The notes below the pieces were generated by a model that saw nothing but the letters and a program-made list of their open reading frames with translations, was not told the origin of the DNA and searched no databases. A program made the position numbers and the translations under genes. Source: Alphaproteobacteria bacterium (lineage in GTDB: Bacteria; Pseudomonadota; Alphaproteobacteria; UBA6615). From it: a stretch of DNA of 64,000 bases. Positions 31,648 to 41,984 of this stretch are shown piece after piece (within the stretch, counting starts at the first letter, position 1; each line of letters begins with the position of its first letter). Location: the NCBI GenBank assembly GCA_002722515.1, contig PBMH01000036.1, positions 3,226 to 67,225 of the forward strand. The letters run 5' to 3'.

Positions 31648-32512
31648 GTTCAATACGAACACCGTGGCTGCGGCCTTGGCCGAAGCCGGCGACCGTTTGA
31701 GGGCTGTGGGTTCTGACACACCAGATCTGGATGCACGGGTCCTGCTGCGTCACGCGACGGGCCAAGATGATGCTTGGCTTTTTGCCAATGGTGAGGCCGA
31801 GATCGTACCGACGATGCTCGATAGCTTTGTCGAACTTCTGGCGCGCCGGGAGCTGCGGGAGCCGATCTCACAGATCATCGCCTCGCGGGAGTTTTGGTCA
31901 CGGGATTTTCGCGTGACGCCGGACGTTTTAACGCCCCGTCCGGATAGCGAGTCTCTTGTTAAGACCGTGCTGACGCGGATCAAGGACCGGGACGCCTCGT
32001 TACACATTCTTGACCTTGGAACCGGCAGCGGCTGTCTACTTCTGACCCTGCTCGCCGAATGTCCAAATGCGACTGGCCTAGGTGTCGACGCGTCTGCCGC
32101 GGCGCTGGATGTCGCTGCAGGAAATGCAGCCGCACTCGGCGTCGATGCGCGGGTTGAGTGGCGCGAAGGCGATTGGTGCGAGGGGCTGGACGGCGAATTC
32201 GATGTGATCGTTTCCAACCCACCTTATATCGCTCGTCACGAGATGCGACATCTTGAGCCGGAAGTGAGGGACTATGAACCGAACCTGGCCCTCGATGGGG
32301 GCGCGGACGGGCTGTCGGCGTACCGTCAGATAGTTCCTGCGCTGCCCCGTCTGGGCACCAGCCGGGCGGTTATAGCGCTGGAATTGGGGCTGGGTCAGGC
32401 CAAAGGGGTCGCGGCACTGGGCCGTGTTGCTGGACTGCGGATTGCTGACGTTGATCAGGACATTAGCCGCCGTGCACGGGTTATCACATTCGAGCCTGTG
32501 CCCAATGTGTAA
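31640..32512 (+). CDS. prmC: release-factor glutamine N5-methyltransferase
   Basis: '[11 protein letters not shown]' and catalytic 'VSNPPYI'. The ATG at 31640 overlaps the prfA 3' end by 8 nt. Confidence 0.9.
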   Translation: MAEFNTNTVAAALAEAGDRLRAVGSDTPDLDARVLLRHATGQDDAWLFANGEAEIVPTMLDSFVELLARRELREPISQIIASREFWSRDFRVTPDVLTPRPDSESLVKTVLTRIKDRDASLHILDLGTGSGCLLLTLLAECPNATGLGVDASAAALDVAAGNAAALGVDARVEWREGDWCEGLDGEFDVIVSNPPYIARHEMRHLEPEVRDYEPNLALDGGADGLSAYRQIVPALPRLGTSRAVIALELGLGQAKGVAALGRVAGLRIADVDQDISRRARVITFEPVPNV

Positions 32513-32758
32513 GGTAAGATAAAAAAGTTCTTGGAAAACAAAGGTGAGCCGCCTAGGGTGCGGTCGTCAGATACAACCCACGTTGCCTGTTGTGATCACA
32601 ATCCCTCAGGCGTTGGTGTTAAATCTGAACTCCCGGATCCGAACTCAAAGAGATATCGCTCGGTTTAGCGGTTCTTTCTGAAAAGCGCATGATCCAAGTG
32701 GAACATGCCGTTTGGGCGGGGGTTGGACCGTAATCAGCAACACTGATAGACGGAAGCA

Positions 32759-33334
32759 ATGCGACCAAACGCAAATAATAGGCGGGCACGGGGCCGGGGC
32801 GGACGCAAGTCCGGAAATTCTCGTAACCAGACATTTGACAGCAACGGGCCCGGCGCGCGCGTACGGGGCAACCCGTCGCAGATCTATGAGAAATATCAGC
32901 AGCTGGCTCGTGATGCGGCATCCAGTGGTGATAGGGTAGGAGCGGAAAACTTCCTTCAGCACGCCGAACATTACTTCCGGCTTATGAGCGCCGCCGCTGC
33001 CAAGAATGAACAACGAAATAACCCGGATGAGAATTCGCGTGACGAGAGTGTGCGTGACGAGAGTGTGCGTGATGAGTCGTCGCGTGGTTCGGGTAACGGT
33101 CATGGTGCCTTTGTCGAGGACATCCAGACGGATGACGAAGCTAAGCCTGACGGCGATACCGTCGATCACGACGGTGATGCGAAGCAGAACGGGCGCAAGC
33201 GGCGTTCACGCCGGTCGAATGGGCGCGGCAGGGAAGCCGTCGCCGATGCTGCCGCGGACGAGAAGTCGGCTAATGATGATAGCGCTGTAGATGGTTCCGG
33301 AGATGCCGGCGATGATGACAACGCGGCCGGCTGA
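32759..33334 (+). CDS. DUF4167 domain protein
   Basis: Arg-rich N-terminus plus 'YEKYQQLARDAASSGDRVGAENFLQHAEHYFR', which matches DUF4167 as I recall it. The C-terminal half is acidic and low-complexity. Confidence 0.75.
   Translation: MRPNANNRRARGRGGRKSGNSRNQTFDSNGPGARVRGNPSQIYEKYQQLARDAASSGDRVGAENFLQHAEHYFRLMSAAAAKNEQRNNPDENSRDESVRDESVRDESSRGSGNGHGAFVEDIQTDDEAKPDGDTVDHDGDAKQNGRKRRSRRSNGRGREAVADAAADEKSANDDSAVDGSGDAGDDDNAAG
33038..33082 (+). repeat. in-frame 15-bp tandem repeat (2 perfect units and 1 degenerate) inside the DUF4167 gene
   Basis: cgtgacgagagtgtg occurs twice (33038-33067), followed by cgtgatgagtcgtcg. Encodes RDESV-RDESV-RDESS. Confidence 0.9.
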
Positions 33335-33365
33335 TGTGTAGGTGTAACATTGAAGCCCGTTCCGG

Positions 33366-34127
33366 CTAATTGAGCTTACTAAGTGTATCCCCCGGCCATA
33401 TTTCGCCGGGAGATATCACGCGTGCGTATACACCGAGGTCCATGTGACCCCATCTCTTTTGGAGCGCGCGTGGCAGGTTTATATCGCGCGTGGCCGTGTC
33501 AGGGTTGACGTTGATTGCAGCACAGCGCTGGGTTCGCTTTACCACCTCCAAGACGGCATCGCCCATTCGGATATGCTGACCCAGCCAGTCGAATTCTCTC
33601 CAGGCTGGGAGCCCTTCGAAATATACATTGGCACGGAAGCGGCGCGCGTCTAGGTCCGTGCCGATCGTTGCCGCGACGTCGGCCACGCTGTCTAGGTTGA
33701 TCAGCGAGACTACCCGGGCATCGAGGTCGGAGAAGCTGTGGTCGTCGGCCTCGAGCAGCGTCGGTGGGCCGTCGACTTCGTTGGTGAGGAAGTCGGCAAA
33801 GAATCCCTCGAGAGATGATCTGCCCTCCGGTGTCGCAAGCATGAAATCGAAAACAACGTCTCCCTCCTGTCGTAGCGTGAGTAAGTTCTTTTCATCGTCA
33901 TATTTGGCGTCGATTTTGGCTAGTTTCTCATCTTTTACCAGTGTCAGAAAATTGGTTTTTGGTACCCAGACCGGATTAGTGGTGTCAAACTTAAATCCGG
34001 GTCGACCGAGCGCAAACTGCCGGTCACCAGGTATTACTTGCCCTGGTTCCAGCTTCGTATGAGAAAGCGTGGATCCGGAAAGACCCTTGACGGGGTAGCT
34101 GCGAATTTCTGAGATCCTGGCGTTCAT
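33366..34127 (-). CDS. MOSC domain protein
   Basis: N-terminal beta-barrel start 'ISEIRSYPVKGLSG' and C-terminal 'RCAAINVNPDT', typical of MOSC. Confidence 0.8.
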   Translation of the reverse strand: MNARISEIRSYPVKGLSGSTLSHTKLEPGQVIPGDRQFALGRPGFKFDTTNPVWVPKTNFLTLVKDEKLAKIDAKYDDEKNLLTLRQEGDVVFDFMLATPEGRSSLEGFFADFLTNEVDGPPTLLEADDHSFSDLDARVVSLINLDSVADVAATIGTDLDARRFRANVYFEGLPAWREFDWLGQHIRMGDAVLEVVKRTQRCAAINVNPDTATRDINLPRALQKRWGHMDLGVYARVISPGEIWPGDTLSKLN

Positions 34128-34355
34128 AGTTCGTCACCTTATTACTGATTTGCGGTTGAAGCGCCTTGTATGGGGGAGTTCGGGTTTGTCCGCTCTGGGC
34201 CTTGTGTTGCGCTGCAGCAACACCATATCTGAGAGGTTTGCGACGGTTCGTGCATTGATATGGCGGGCCTACAGCGCTTCCTTGTGGCGAATTGCCTAAT
34301 TTGGGTTCGCCGTTCAAACCCGCCTCGGGAGAGGGGGTCGCTCGAGGAGAGGATT

Positions 34356-36953
34356 ATGAATTTCGATAAATATACCGATCGCGCACGCGGATTCGTTCAC
34401 GCTGCCCAGAGCGTTGCACAACGCAGCGCGCATCAGCAACTGGTGCCGGAGCATCTTCTTAAAGCGTTACTCTGCGATGAGGAGGGGCTTTGTTTGAGTC
34501 TCATTCGTACCGCTGGCGGGGACCCCGTTGCGGTTGAACGGGCGGTTGATGACGCGCTTGCCAAGCTCCCCAAGGTTGACGGCGATGGTGCAGGCCAACT
34601 CTATTTGTCTAAGGAGGCTGGAAGCATTTTGGGTTCCGCCCAGGACTTGGCGGAAACGGCCGGCGATAGATTTGTCACAGTGGAATACCTGTTGTTAGCG
34701 ATTGCGTTCGCGACCGGAACCAGTGCTGAAAAAATTCTTTCGGGCGCGAAAATTGAGCCGCAGTCACTTAATGAGGCTATCAACGCCTTGCGCAAGGGTC
34801 GCTCGGCTGACAGCCCGACGGCGGAAAACTCCTATGAGGCGCTTGCAAAATACACGCGGGACCTGACGGAGGCCGCGCTCGATGGCAAGCTCGATCCGGT
34901 GATCGGGCGCGACGAGGAAATTCGCCGGGCGATCCAAGTCCTTTCGCGGCGAACAAAGAATAATCCGGTCCTGATCGGCGAACCTGGCGTTGGCAAGACG
35001 GCCATCGCCGAAGGTCTTGCGCTGCGGATCATTAACGGTGACATACCCGAGAGCCTACGCAATAAGCGGCTTTTGTCCCTCGACATGGGTATGTTGATTG
35101 CCGGCACAAAGTTCCGCGGCGAGTTTGAAGAGCGCCTGAAGGCGGTGCTCGAAGAAGTTGATGCCGCTGCTGGTGACATTGTACTGTTCATTGATGAGAT
35201 GCATACCATCGTTGGTGCTGGCGCTGCTGAGGGCTCTATGGATGCTTCGAACATGCTCAAGCCGGCCTTGGCACGCGGTGAACTTCGCTGCATCGGCGCG
35301 ACAACATTGGCTGAGTATCGGAAACACGTGGAAAAAGACGCGGCACTCGCGCGTCGTTTTCAGCCGGTTTTTGTGCCCGAGCCGACAGTGGCTGACACGA
35401 TTTCCATCTTGCGCGGACTTAAAGAGAAATACGAACTTCACCATGGTGTGCGGATAACGGATTCCGCGCTGGTTTCGGCAGCAACGCTATCCAACCGCTA
35501 CATCACGGACCGGTTCCTTCCCGATAAGGCGATCGATCTAGTTGACGAGGCCGCATCTCGGTTGCGGATGGAGCTGGATTCCAATCCCGAGGAGATCGAT
35601 GAGCTTGATCGCCGGATCATCCAGCTCAAGATCGAACGGGAGGCGCTGAAGAAGGAAAGCGACAGCGCGTCGGCGGACCGCCTTATTAACCTCGAAGCGG
35701 AACTCGGGGGTCTGGAGTCTAAGTTTGTGGACCTTACATTCGTGTGGCAGGTCGAGAAGGAAAAACTAGCCGGCACCCAAAGGCTTAAGGAGCAGCTGGA
35801 TGCAGCGCGTCATGAGTTGGAGCAGGTACAGCGGGCCGGCAATCTCGAGCAGGCGGGCGAGTTGGCGTATGGACTCATTCCGGACCTGGAAAAGGCCGTG
35901 GCCGATGCCAGTGAGGTGCGAGTCGGAAACATGCTCGACGAGGAGGTTGCGGACTCGCACGTCGCGGGCGTGGTCTCGCGTTGGACGGGCGTGCCCGTCG
36001 AAAAAATGCTCGAAGGCGAACGCGAGAAGTTGCTGGAGATGGAATCTGTTCTCGGTGGCAGGGTGATCGGACAAGGTGACGCCATCAGTGCCATTTCTAA
36101 TGCAGTGCGTCGTGCGCGTGCCGGGCTTCATGACCCGGGCCGGCCGATCGGTTCGTTCCTGTTCCTGGGCCCTACGGGTGTGGGAAAAACCGAGCTGGCC
36201 AAAGCGCTGGCCGAGTTCATGTTTGATGATGAGCAGGCGATGGTCCGCATCGACATGTCCGAGTATATGGAAAAGCATGCCGTTGCTCGGCTCGTCGGTG
36301 CGCCGCCAGGATATGTCGGTTATGAAGAAGGTGGCGCGCTGACTGAAGCGGTTCGCCGCCGACCCTATCAGGTGATCCTGTTCGACGAGGTTGAGAAGGC
36401 GCATCCGGATGTCTTTAACGTTCTATTGCAGGTGCTCGATGATGGGCGGCTGACAGACGGGCATGGCCGAACGGTCGACTTCAAGAATACCTTGATAATT
36501 CTCACTTCCAATCTAGGGGGAGAGCACCTCGCCAATCAGGTCGATGGTGAAGAAGCCGATATAGTGCGTGAGGCGGTGATGGACGTGGTCCGTGCTACAT
36601 TCCGGCCCGAGTTTCTCAATCGCCTGGATGAAGTGCTCCTGTTCCATTGCCTTACACGAGAGCAGATGTCCGGGATCGTCGACAATCAGTTGGCCCATCT
36701 GCGACGACTTCTCGAGGATCGGAAGATCGGGCTTGAGGTGGACGACGCGGCGAGAATCTGGCTGGCAAAAGCTGGTTATGACCCGATCTATGGGGCTCGA
36801 CCTCTGAAACGTGTTATCCAGCGCCACCTGCAGAATACGCTGGCTGAAATGCTGCTCGAGGGAACAATCGTGGACGGTGAAACGGTTTACGTGTCGGTTG
36901 GTGCAGGCGGGTTGTTAGTCAATGACGAGGTTGTCCCAGCTGTAGCCGCTTGA
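34356..36953 (+). CDS. clpB: ATP-dependent chaperone ClpB
   Basis: '[13 protein letters not shown]', two AAA+ modules ('[10 protein letters not shown]' and '[15 protein letters not shown]') and a middle coiled-coil. ATG at 34356. Confidence 0.96.
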   Translation: MNFDKYTDRARGFVHAAQSVAQRSAHQQLVPEHLLKALLCDEEGLCLSLIRTAGGDPVAVERAVDDALAKLPKVDGDGAGQLYLSKEAGSILGSAQDLAETAGDRFVTVEYLLLAIAFATGTSAEKILSGAKIEPQSLNEAINALRKGRSADSPTAENSYEALAKYTRDLTEAALDGKLDPVIGRDEEIRRAIQVLSRRTKNNPVLIGEPGVGKTAIAEGLALRIINGDIPESLRNKRLLSLDMGMLIAGTKFRGEFEERLKAVLEEVDAAAGDIVLFIDEMHTIVGAGAAEGSMDASNMLKPALARGELRCIGATTLAEYRKHVEKDAALARRFQPVFVPEPTVADTISILRGLKEKYELHHGVRITDSALVSAATLSNRYITDRFLPDKAIDLVDEAASRLRMELDSNPEEIDELDRRIIQLKIEREALKKESDSASADRLINLEAELGGLESKFVDLTFVWQVEKEKLAGTQRLKEQLDAARHELEQVQRAGNLEQAGELAYGLIPDLEKAVADASEVRVGNMLDEEVADSHVAGVVSRWTGVPVEKMLEGEREKLLEMESVLGGRVIGQGDAISAISNAVRRARAGLHDPGRPIGSFLFLGPTGVGKTELAKALAEFMFDDEQAMVRIDMSEYMEKHAVARLVGAPPGYVGYEEGGALTEAVRRRPYQVILFDEVEKAHPDVFNVLLQVLDDGRLTDGHGRTVDFKNTLIILTSNLGGEHLANQVDGEEADIVREAVMDVVRATFRPEFLNRLDEVLLFHCLTREQMSGIVDNQLAHLRRLLEDRKIGLEVDDAARIWLAKAGYDPIYGARPLKRVIQRHLQNTLAEMLLEGTIVDGETVYVSVGAGGLLVNDEVVPAVAA

Positions 36954-37163
36954 TAGGCGATCTATTCCTCCAAGGAACAAAGTACAGGTGAAAGTTGACG
37001 GAACAATTCACGCATGGGTGCGGCTATAGCCCTCGTGCAGGTCTCTTGTCCGTGCATCGAGGCTAATTCTTATGGCCGGCTTGGGGCGCCAGAAGATTCG
37101 AATATGCTGGTTATAATTGGTTAGCAAGTGCCGGCGGTGGACCCCGATGGTCCTGTGGCGAGC

Positions 37164-38516
37164 TTAATCCGAAAGCAATTTGTCATTTTCGGCGGTGACC
37201 GCGGGTAGGGCAAGCGATTCCAACTTTGAGTTGACCTCTGCGCGCAGCTCCTGGAACTTCTCTAGCCGCTCGCCGACGAGTTTTTCCCCGCTTGGCAATT
37301 TTAATCCGAGCGGATTGATGGGGCGACCGTCGCGGTGAATCTCGTAATGCAGGTGCGGCCCGGTAGAGCGACCGGTCGAACCGACATAGCCGATCACCTG
37401 TCCCTGACGTACGCGCTTGCCCCGGCGGATGCCGCGGGCATAGCCATTCAAATGGGCGTAGGCCGTGGAATATGTGCCGTTGTGCCTAATTCGGATATAT
37501 TTGCCGTAACCGCCATTCGTCTTGGCAATCTCGACGGTTCCATCTCCGGCAGCATAAATTGGTGTTCCCGTTGGGGCAGCGAAATCCACCCCCGCATGGA
37601 GTCGGGTGTATCCCAGGATCGGGTGCTTTCGGTTGCCGAAGCGCGAGGAAAGTCTTGCGCCGTCGAGCGGGGTCTTCATCAATGCTTTGCGGACGCTTTC
37701 ACCCTTCTCGTTGAAGTAGTCGATCGTCCCCTTCGAAGTCTCGAACTTGTAGAGAGGTAATCGCGTACCACGCAGGGTGAGCGTGGCATAATGGATCTCC
37801 CCATTGTTGACAATTACATCACTTTCGTCGCGCTGCCGTTCGAACATGATATCGAAGGCGTCGCCGTTCCAGATGTCGCGCTGGAAGTCGACATCGAAGC
37901 TATAGATGCGGATTAAGTCCACCAGTACCGAAATCGGAATGCCAGCATCACGCCCGTTCACGAACAGGCTTGAATCGATCGAGCCTTTGACCCGGATTAA
38001 CTCAGTGGTCAGAGGAATCTCAATCTCTTGGGCGATAAAACTATCTTCCGGCGTGCGCGCGACCTCAACCTCGTGGTCATATGTGACTGGCAGGTATACC
38101 GCTTTGAGCTGATAATCGATGGCTTCGGAATCGTTGATGGTTGTGGTTATGTTCACAGGGCTCAGTGTGATCCGCAGCTCGTCGCCGATGCGCAAATCTC
38201 GCCGTGGGTCGTAAACGCCCTTGAGAGACTGGACCGCCGAGTGGGCGTCCGCGCGTTCGGCGCCAGCTCTGATCAGTACGTCTATCAGGCTGTCGCCGTT
38301 CTCAATCTTGACCTTGTGCACCCGCAGTTTTGGAAACCCCGGTTTAGGGGCTACCGCGGAAATAGCCGGAGAAGTTGACGTCGAAGCTGGTGTTGTAACT
38401 TGGACTTTGTTGTTGCTACCAACTAGCGAGCCAATTGTGAAGGCAACCACGGGGAGAGCGATCGCCGCAGCAGCGATTGCAAGCAACACGGGTTTTTTTC
38501 GTATGTCGAACCGCAA
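37164..38516 (-). CDS. M23 family metallopeptidase (peptidoglycan endopeptidase-like)
   Basis: 'HAGVDFAAPTGTPIYAAGDGTV' and 'GSTGRSTGPHLHYEI'. N-terminal TM anchor. Confidence 0.88.
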   Translation of the reverse strand: MRFDIRKKPVLLAIAAAAIALPVVAFTIGSLVGSNNKVQVTTPASTSTSPAISAVAPKPGFPKLRVHKVKIENGDSLIDVLIRAGAERADAHSAVQSLKGVYDPRRDLRIGDELRITLSPVNITTTINDSEAIDYQLKAVYLPVTYDHEVEVARTPEDSFIAQEIEIPLTTELIRVKGSIDSSLFVNGRDAGIPISVLVDLIRIYSFDVDFQRDIWNGDAFDIMFERQRDESDVIVNNGEIHYATLTLRGTRLPLYKFETSKGTIDYFNEKGESVRKALMKTPLDGARLSSRFGNRKHPILGYTRLHAGVDFAAPTGTPIYAAGDGTVEIAKTNGGYGKYIRIRHNGTYSTAYAHLNGYARGIRRGKRVRQGQVIGYVGSTGRSTGPHLHYEIHRDGRPINPLGLKLPSGEKLVGERLEKFQELRAEVNSKLESLALPAVTAENDKLLSD

Positions 38517-38665
38517 ACGTCGAATCCTCTACGGAGATCAAGTGTCGGAGGTTTACAGCTTTGAAACGCCGACGCTCGGCGAAGATGACGAACTGCCGCG
38601 CTTCGTGTCAACATTCGATCTGGCAGATCGGATAAAAAAGTCCTAATATAATCAATGCGTTGTCG

Positions 38666-40042
38666 TTATCTCTCCACTATTCTCTCGATCCGGGGATAGA
38701 AGATCCCCAAGGTTATTGCTCGCAGTAACATGAATAGCATCAACGAAGCCCACAGCCCGTGATTACCCATGAAATCTGGCAGGGTGAAGATCGCTGCGGT
38801 GTAGAGTGCGACCGATGTGAGCATGGCATTGCGCATCTCTGCGGCGCGCGTGGCGCCGATAAAGATGCCGTCCAGCTGGTATGACCAGACCGACAAGACG
38901 GGTGACAATACCATCCAGGGTAAGAACTCGCCCGCTAAGGTGAGTAGCTCGGGAATGTCTGTCAGAAGACCTAGTAGGGACGCGCCGAATAGGCCATAGA
39001 TTAGCGTGTAACCGACCGCTACACAGCTGGCCATAAGGGTGGCAGCGACGATGGAACCGCGCAGCAGATTGCGGTTGCGAGCGCCGATGGCTTCGCCGAC
39101 TAGGGCTGATGTCGCATGGGCGAACCCGTCAAGGCCGTGGGAGAGAAAGGCTTGGAAGTTCATCAAAATAGCATTGGCGGCAAGAATGTTGGTACCGAGA
39201 CGCGCGCCGGACCAGGTCAGCAGTGACCATGCGAAGATCATGGTTAGGGTGCGGATAAAGATGTCGCGGCTGACCCGGAACATGTTATTGACCTCCCTGA
39301 GGTCGAAAATTCTGGCGCGCACCCAAAGCCCATCGATTCGACTCAGACGTAAAGTGACAAACAGCAGACCCAGTATGGCTCCAGCATACTGGGACAACGC
39401 GGTTGCTAGCGCGACGCCCTCGATGCCCCAGCCGAGTTGGACAACGAACCAGATGTCCAGCGCGGCGTTCAGTCCGTTGATAACGATCTGGATCAGCAGG
39501 GCGGTGCGTGCAAGCTGCATGCCCAGCATCCAACCGAGGATTGCATAGTTGGCTAGCGCAGCTGGGGCCCCCCAGATGCGGGTGTCGAAATAGGCTTGGG
39601 CGAGCCGCTCAACTTCGGCCGTTCCGTCAACGATCTTCAGGGCGCCAGTGCACATCGGTTGCTGAACAATGATCAGAATAAGTGCGGCGGCCAGACCGGT
39701 CAGAAGCGCGCGGGCGAGCACGGCGCGTATTTCCGTACCATTTTTACGTCCATTAGCCTGAGCGACGAAACCCGTTGTTCCCATGCGGAGGAATCCGAAT
39801 CCCCAGTAGAGAAAGGAAAAAATCATGGAGCCGATGGCTGCACCGCCGACATAAGCGGGGTCCGGAAGGTGGCCCATCACGGCTGTATCGACCGCACCAA
39901 GCATAGGTACAGTCAGGTTCGAAAGGATCGTCGGCCAAGACAGTTGCCAGATGCGTCCGTAGGGGGCTGTGCGCAGCTGTGCCAGAGGCAGCTCGGGCGG
40001 GGTGTTGGAGGATGATGGGGGTGACGGGTCTTTGGCGGTCAC
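38666..40042 (-). CDS. MATE family efflux transporter (DinF-like)
   Basis: 458 aa with about 12 TM helices and 'WPTILSNLTVPMLGAVDTAVMGHL', a typical MATE N-terminus. Confidence 0.85.
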   Translation of the reverse strand: MTAKDPSPPSSSNTPPELPLAQLRTAPYGRIWQLSWPTILSNLTVPMLGAVDTAVMGHLPDPAYVGGAAIGSMIFSFLYWGFGFLRMGTTGFVAQANGRKNGTEIRAVLARALLTGLAAALILIIVQQPMCTGALKIVDGTAEVERLAQAYFDTRIWGAPAALANYAILGWMLGMQLARTALLIQIVINGLNAALDIWFVVQLGWGIEGVALATALSQYAGAILGLLFVTLRLSRIDGLWVRARIFDLREVNNMFRVSRDIFIRTLTMIFAWSLLTWSGARLGTNILAANAILMNFQAFLSHGLDGFAHATSALVGEAIGARNRNLLRGSIVAATLMASCVAVGYTLIYGLFGASLLGLLTDIPELLTLAGEFLPWMVLSPVLSVWSYQLDGIFIGATRAAEMRNAMLTSVALYTAAIFTLPDFMGNHGLWASLMLFMLLRAITLGIFYPRIERIVER

Positions 40043-40057
40043 GACAACTCACCGTGC

Positions 40058-41878
40058 CTAGCGGCCTACGGCATAAGCTTCCTGGAACCGCGGATGCGCT
40101 GCGCCCTTGAGGAACCAGCCATGCTCCGCACGTGATCGACCTACGGCAGTCATGCGGCCTGATGACCAATCGCCGACTACGGTCATGCGATGACCTCGCG
40201 CACGCATGGCATCGATGACGTTGTCGGAGTAACGCCCTTCGGCCTTGACTTCGCCTGGTTGGAAGGTGCGGGGATAAAAGCTGGACGGCAGGTGGTCGGT
40301 GTGAAAGTTGGGTGCATCGATCGCGGCCTGCAGGTCATAACCGTGATGGATGTGGCGCAGGAACATAGACAGGGCCCACTGGTCCTGGGCATCACCACCC
40401 GGTGTCCCGAACGCCAGCGCCGGTTGGCCGTCTCGTAGGGCAAGGGTTGGGCTGAGGGTCGTACGCGGACGGATGCCGGGTTTGAGCGTGGTCGGGAAGC
40501 CCTCTTGTAACCAGAACATCTGTGCGCGGGTGCCGAGGCAGAAACCAAGCGAAGGTATTGTCGGAGAAGATTGCAGCCAGCCGCCTGATGGCATGCAGGC
40601 GACCATGTTTCCCTCGGCGTCGACGGTGTCGCAATGGACCGTGTCGCCGTTCGAGTTACTGGGCACGACGTCAGGCTCACCGACGCCCTCCTGGGCCGCG
40701 TTGGGTTCCCCCGCACCTGGCGCTACACCCGCAGCATCAGGATCATAAATTGTGAACTCAGCCAACGATGGGTTACGACCGTCCGGGGCGCCTGGCTGAA
40801 ATTCTAGCGATGCGTTATCTCTGACCATGGCGCGGCGTACGTCGTTGTAGGGGTCTGATAGTAGTGTTCTGATGGGCACATCGTTGACTGCTGGGTCACC
40901 ATACCAGGCCTCGCGGTCGGCCAGTGCTAGTTTTGCGCATTCGACCTGTGTATGCATGAACTCAGAGCCTAGTGGATCCATTGCTCCGATATCGAAGCCC
41001 TTTAGCAGCGCCAGTTGCTGCAGAAAGACCGGACCTTGGCTCCATACGCCAGGCTTACATACGGTATAGCCCGCATAATCAAGCGTCGCGGGTTCCTCAA
41101 CCGTCGCTCGCCAGTTAGCCATATCGTCACCTGTCAAAAGGCCGCTATGGGGTATACCTGATGAGTCCAGCCATTCGGTGGTGCGGCAGAATGTGTCTAT
41201 CTCTTCGGCGATGAATCCCTCGTAGAACACCCGTCGCGCTGACTCGATTGTGTCTTCACGGTCACCGGAGCTGGCCTCGGCCTCGTCAAGTAAGCGCTGG
41301 TATGTCTGGGCGATTACGGGTGTTCGATGCATGCTTCCCACGACCGGAGGCGCACCGCCGACTAGCCAGGTCTCTGCCGATGTCGGCCAGGCCTCGTGAA
41401 ACAGCTCGGCGACGCCGTTGATAATTGTGTTCATCATCGGTACCACGGCATATCCTTCGCGGGCATAGCTGATAGCGGGTTCGATAACATCGCGCAGTGA
41501 TAGGTGCCCATAGTCCCGCAGCATCAGCATCCAGGCACCGAACGCGCCAGGGACGCAGGGAGCGAGCAGGCCGGTGCCGGGGACGAGGTCTAGACCAAGA
41601 TTGCTATAGGCGTCGATGGTCGCTGCGGCCGGAGAGACGCCCTGACCGCAGATCACCTCGACCTTTCCGGTCCGTGCATTATGCAGGACGATGGGCAGAT
41701 CGCCGCCCGGGCCATTCTGATAGGGATGGACGATCTGTAGGGCAAGCCCCGTGGCGACGGCGGCATCGAAGGCGTTTCCGCCTATCTCGAACATGCGCCA
41801 GCCCGCCATCGTAGCTAGGTAATGGGTCGAGGCGACCATGCCGTGGGTGCCACGAATTTCAGGTCGTGTGGTAAACAT
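40058..41878 (-). CDS. ggt: gamma-glutamyltransferase family protein
   Basis: 'GGNAFDAAVATGLAL' and a nucleophile-Thr region 'GDTVHCDTVDAEGNMVA'. True start is 'MFTTRPEIRGTHGMVAS' (ATG at 41878). The rest of the 850-codon ORF lies antisense to the next gene. Confidence 0.85.
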   Translation of the reverse strand: MFTTRPEIRGTHGMVASTHYLATMAGWRMFEIGGNAFDAAVATGLALQIVHPYQNGPGGDLPIVLHNARTGKVEVICGQGVSPAAATIDAYSNLGLDLVPGTGLLAPCVPGAFGAWMLMLRDYGHLSLRDVIEPAISYAREGYAVVPMMNTIINGVAELFHEAWPTSAETWLVGGAPPVVGSMHRTPVIAQTYQRLLDEAEASSGDREDTIESARRVFYEGFIAEEIDTFCRTTEWLDSSGIPHSGLLTGDDMANWRATVEEPATLDYAGYTVCKPGVWSQGPVFLQQLALLKGFDIGAMDPLGSEFMHTQVECAKLALADREAWYGDPAVNDVPIRTLLSDPYNDVRRAMVRDNASLEFQPGAPDGRNPSLAEFTIYDPDAAGVAPGAGEPNAAQEGVGEPDVVPSNSNGDTVHCDTVDAEGNMVACMPSGGWLQSSPTIPSLGFCLGTRAQMFWLQEGFPTTLKPGIRPRTTLSPTLALRDGQPALAFGTPGGDAQDQWALSMFLRHIHHGYDLQAAIDAPNFHTDHLPSSFYPRTFQPGEVKAEGRYSDNVIDAMRARGHRMTVVGDWSSGRMTAVGRSRAEHGWFLKGAAHPRFQEAYAVGR

Positions 41879-41984
41879 GGGATTGCATTCTCCGCGCTGG
41901 TTTAGTGCGGACCATAACGCTCTGCTAGTTGGTGCAGCAACTGCACCCGTATGATCACAATTGGCAGTGAAGGGGAGAAAGATT

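Noticed and set aside
32645-33169. 174-aa minus-strand ORF antisense to the DUF4167 gene
   Set aside because: It mirrors the repeat and low-complexity region of the sense gene (THTLVTHTLVT derives from the RDESV repeat). It has no start context.
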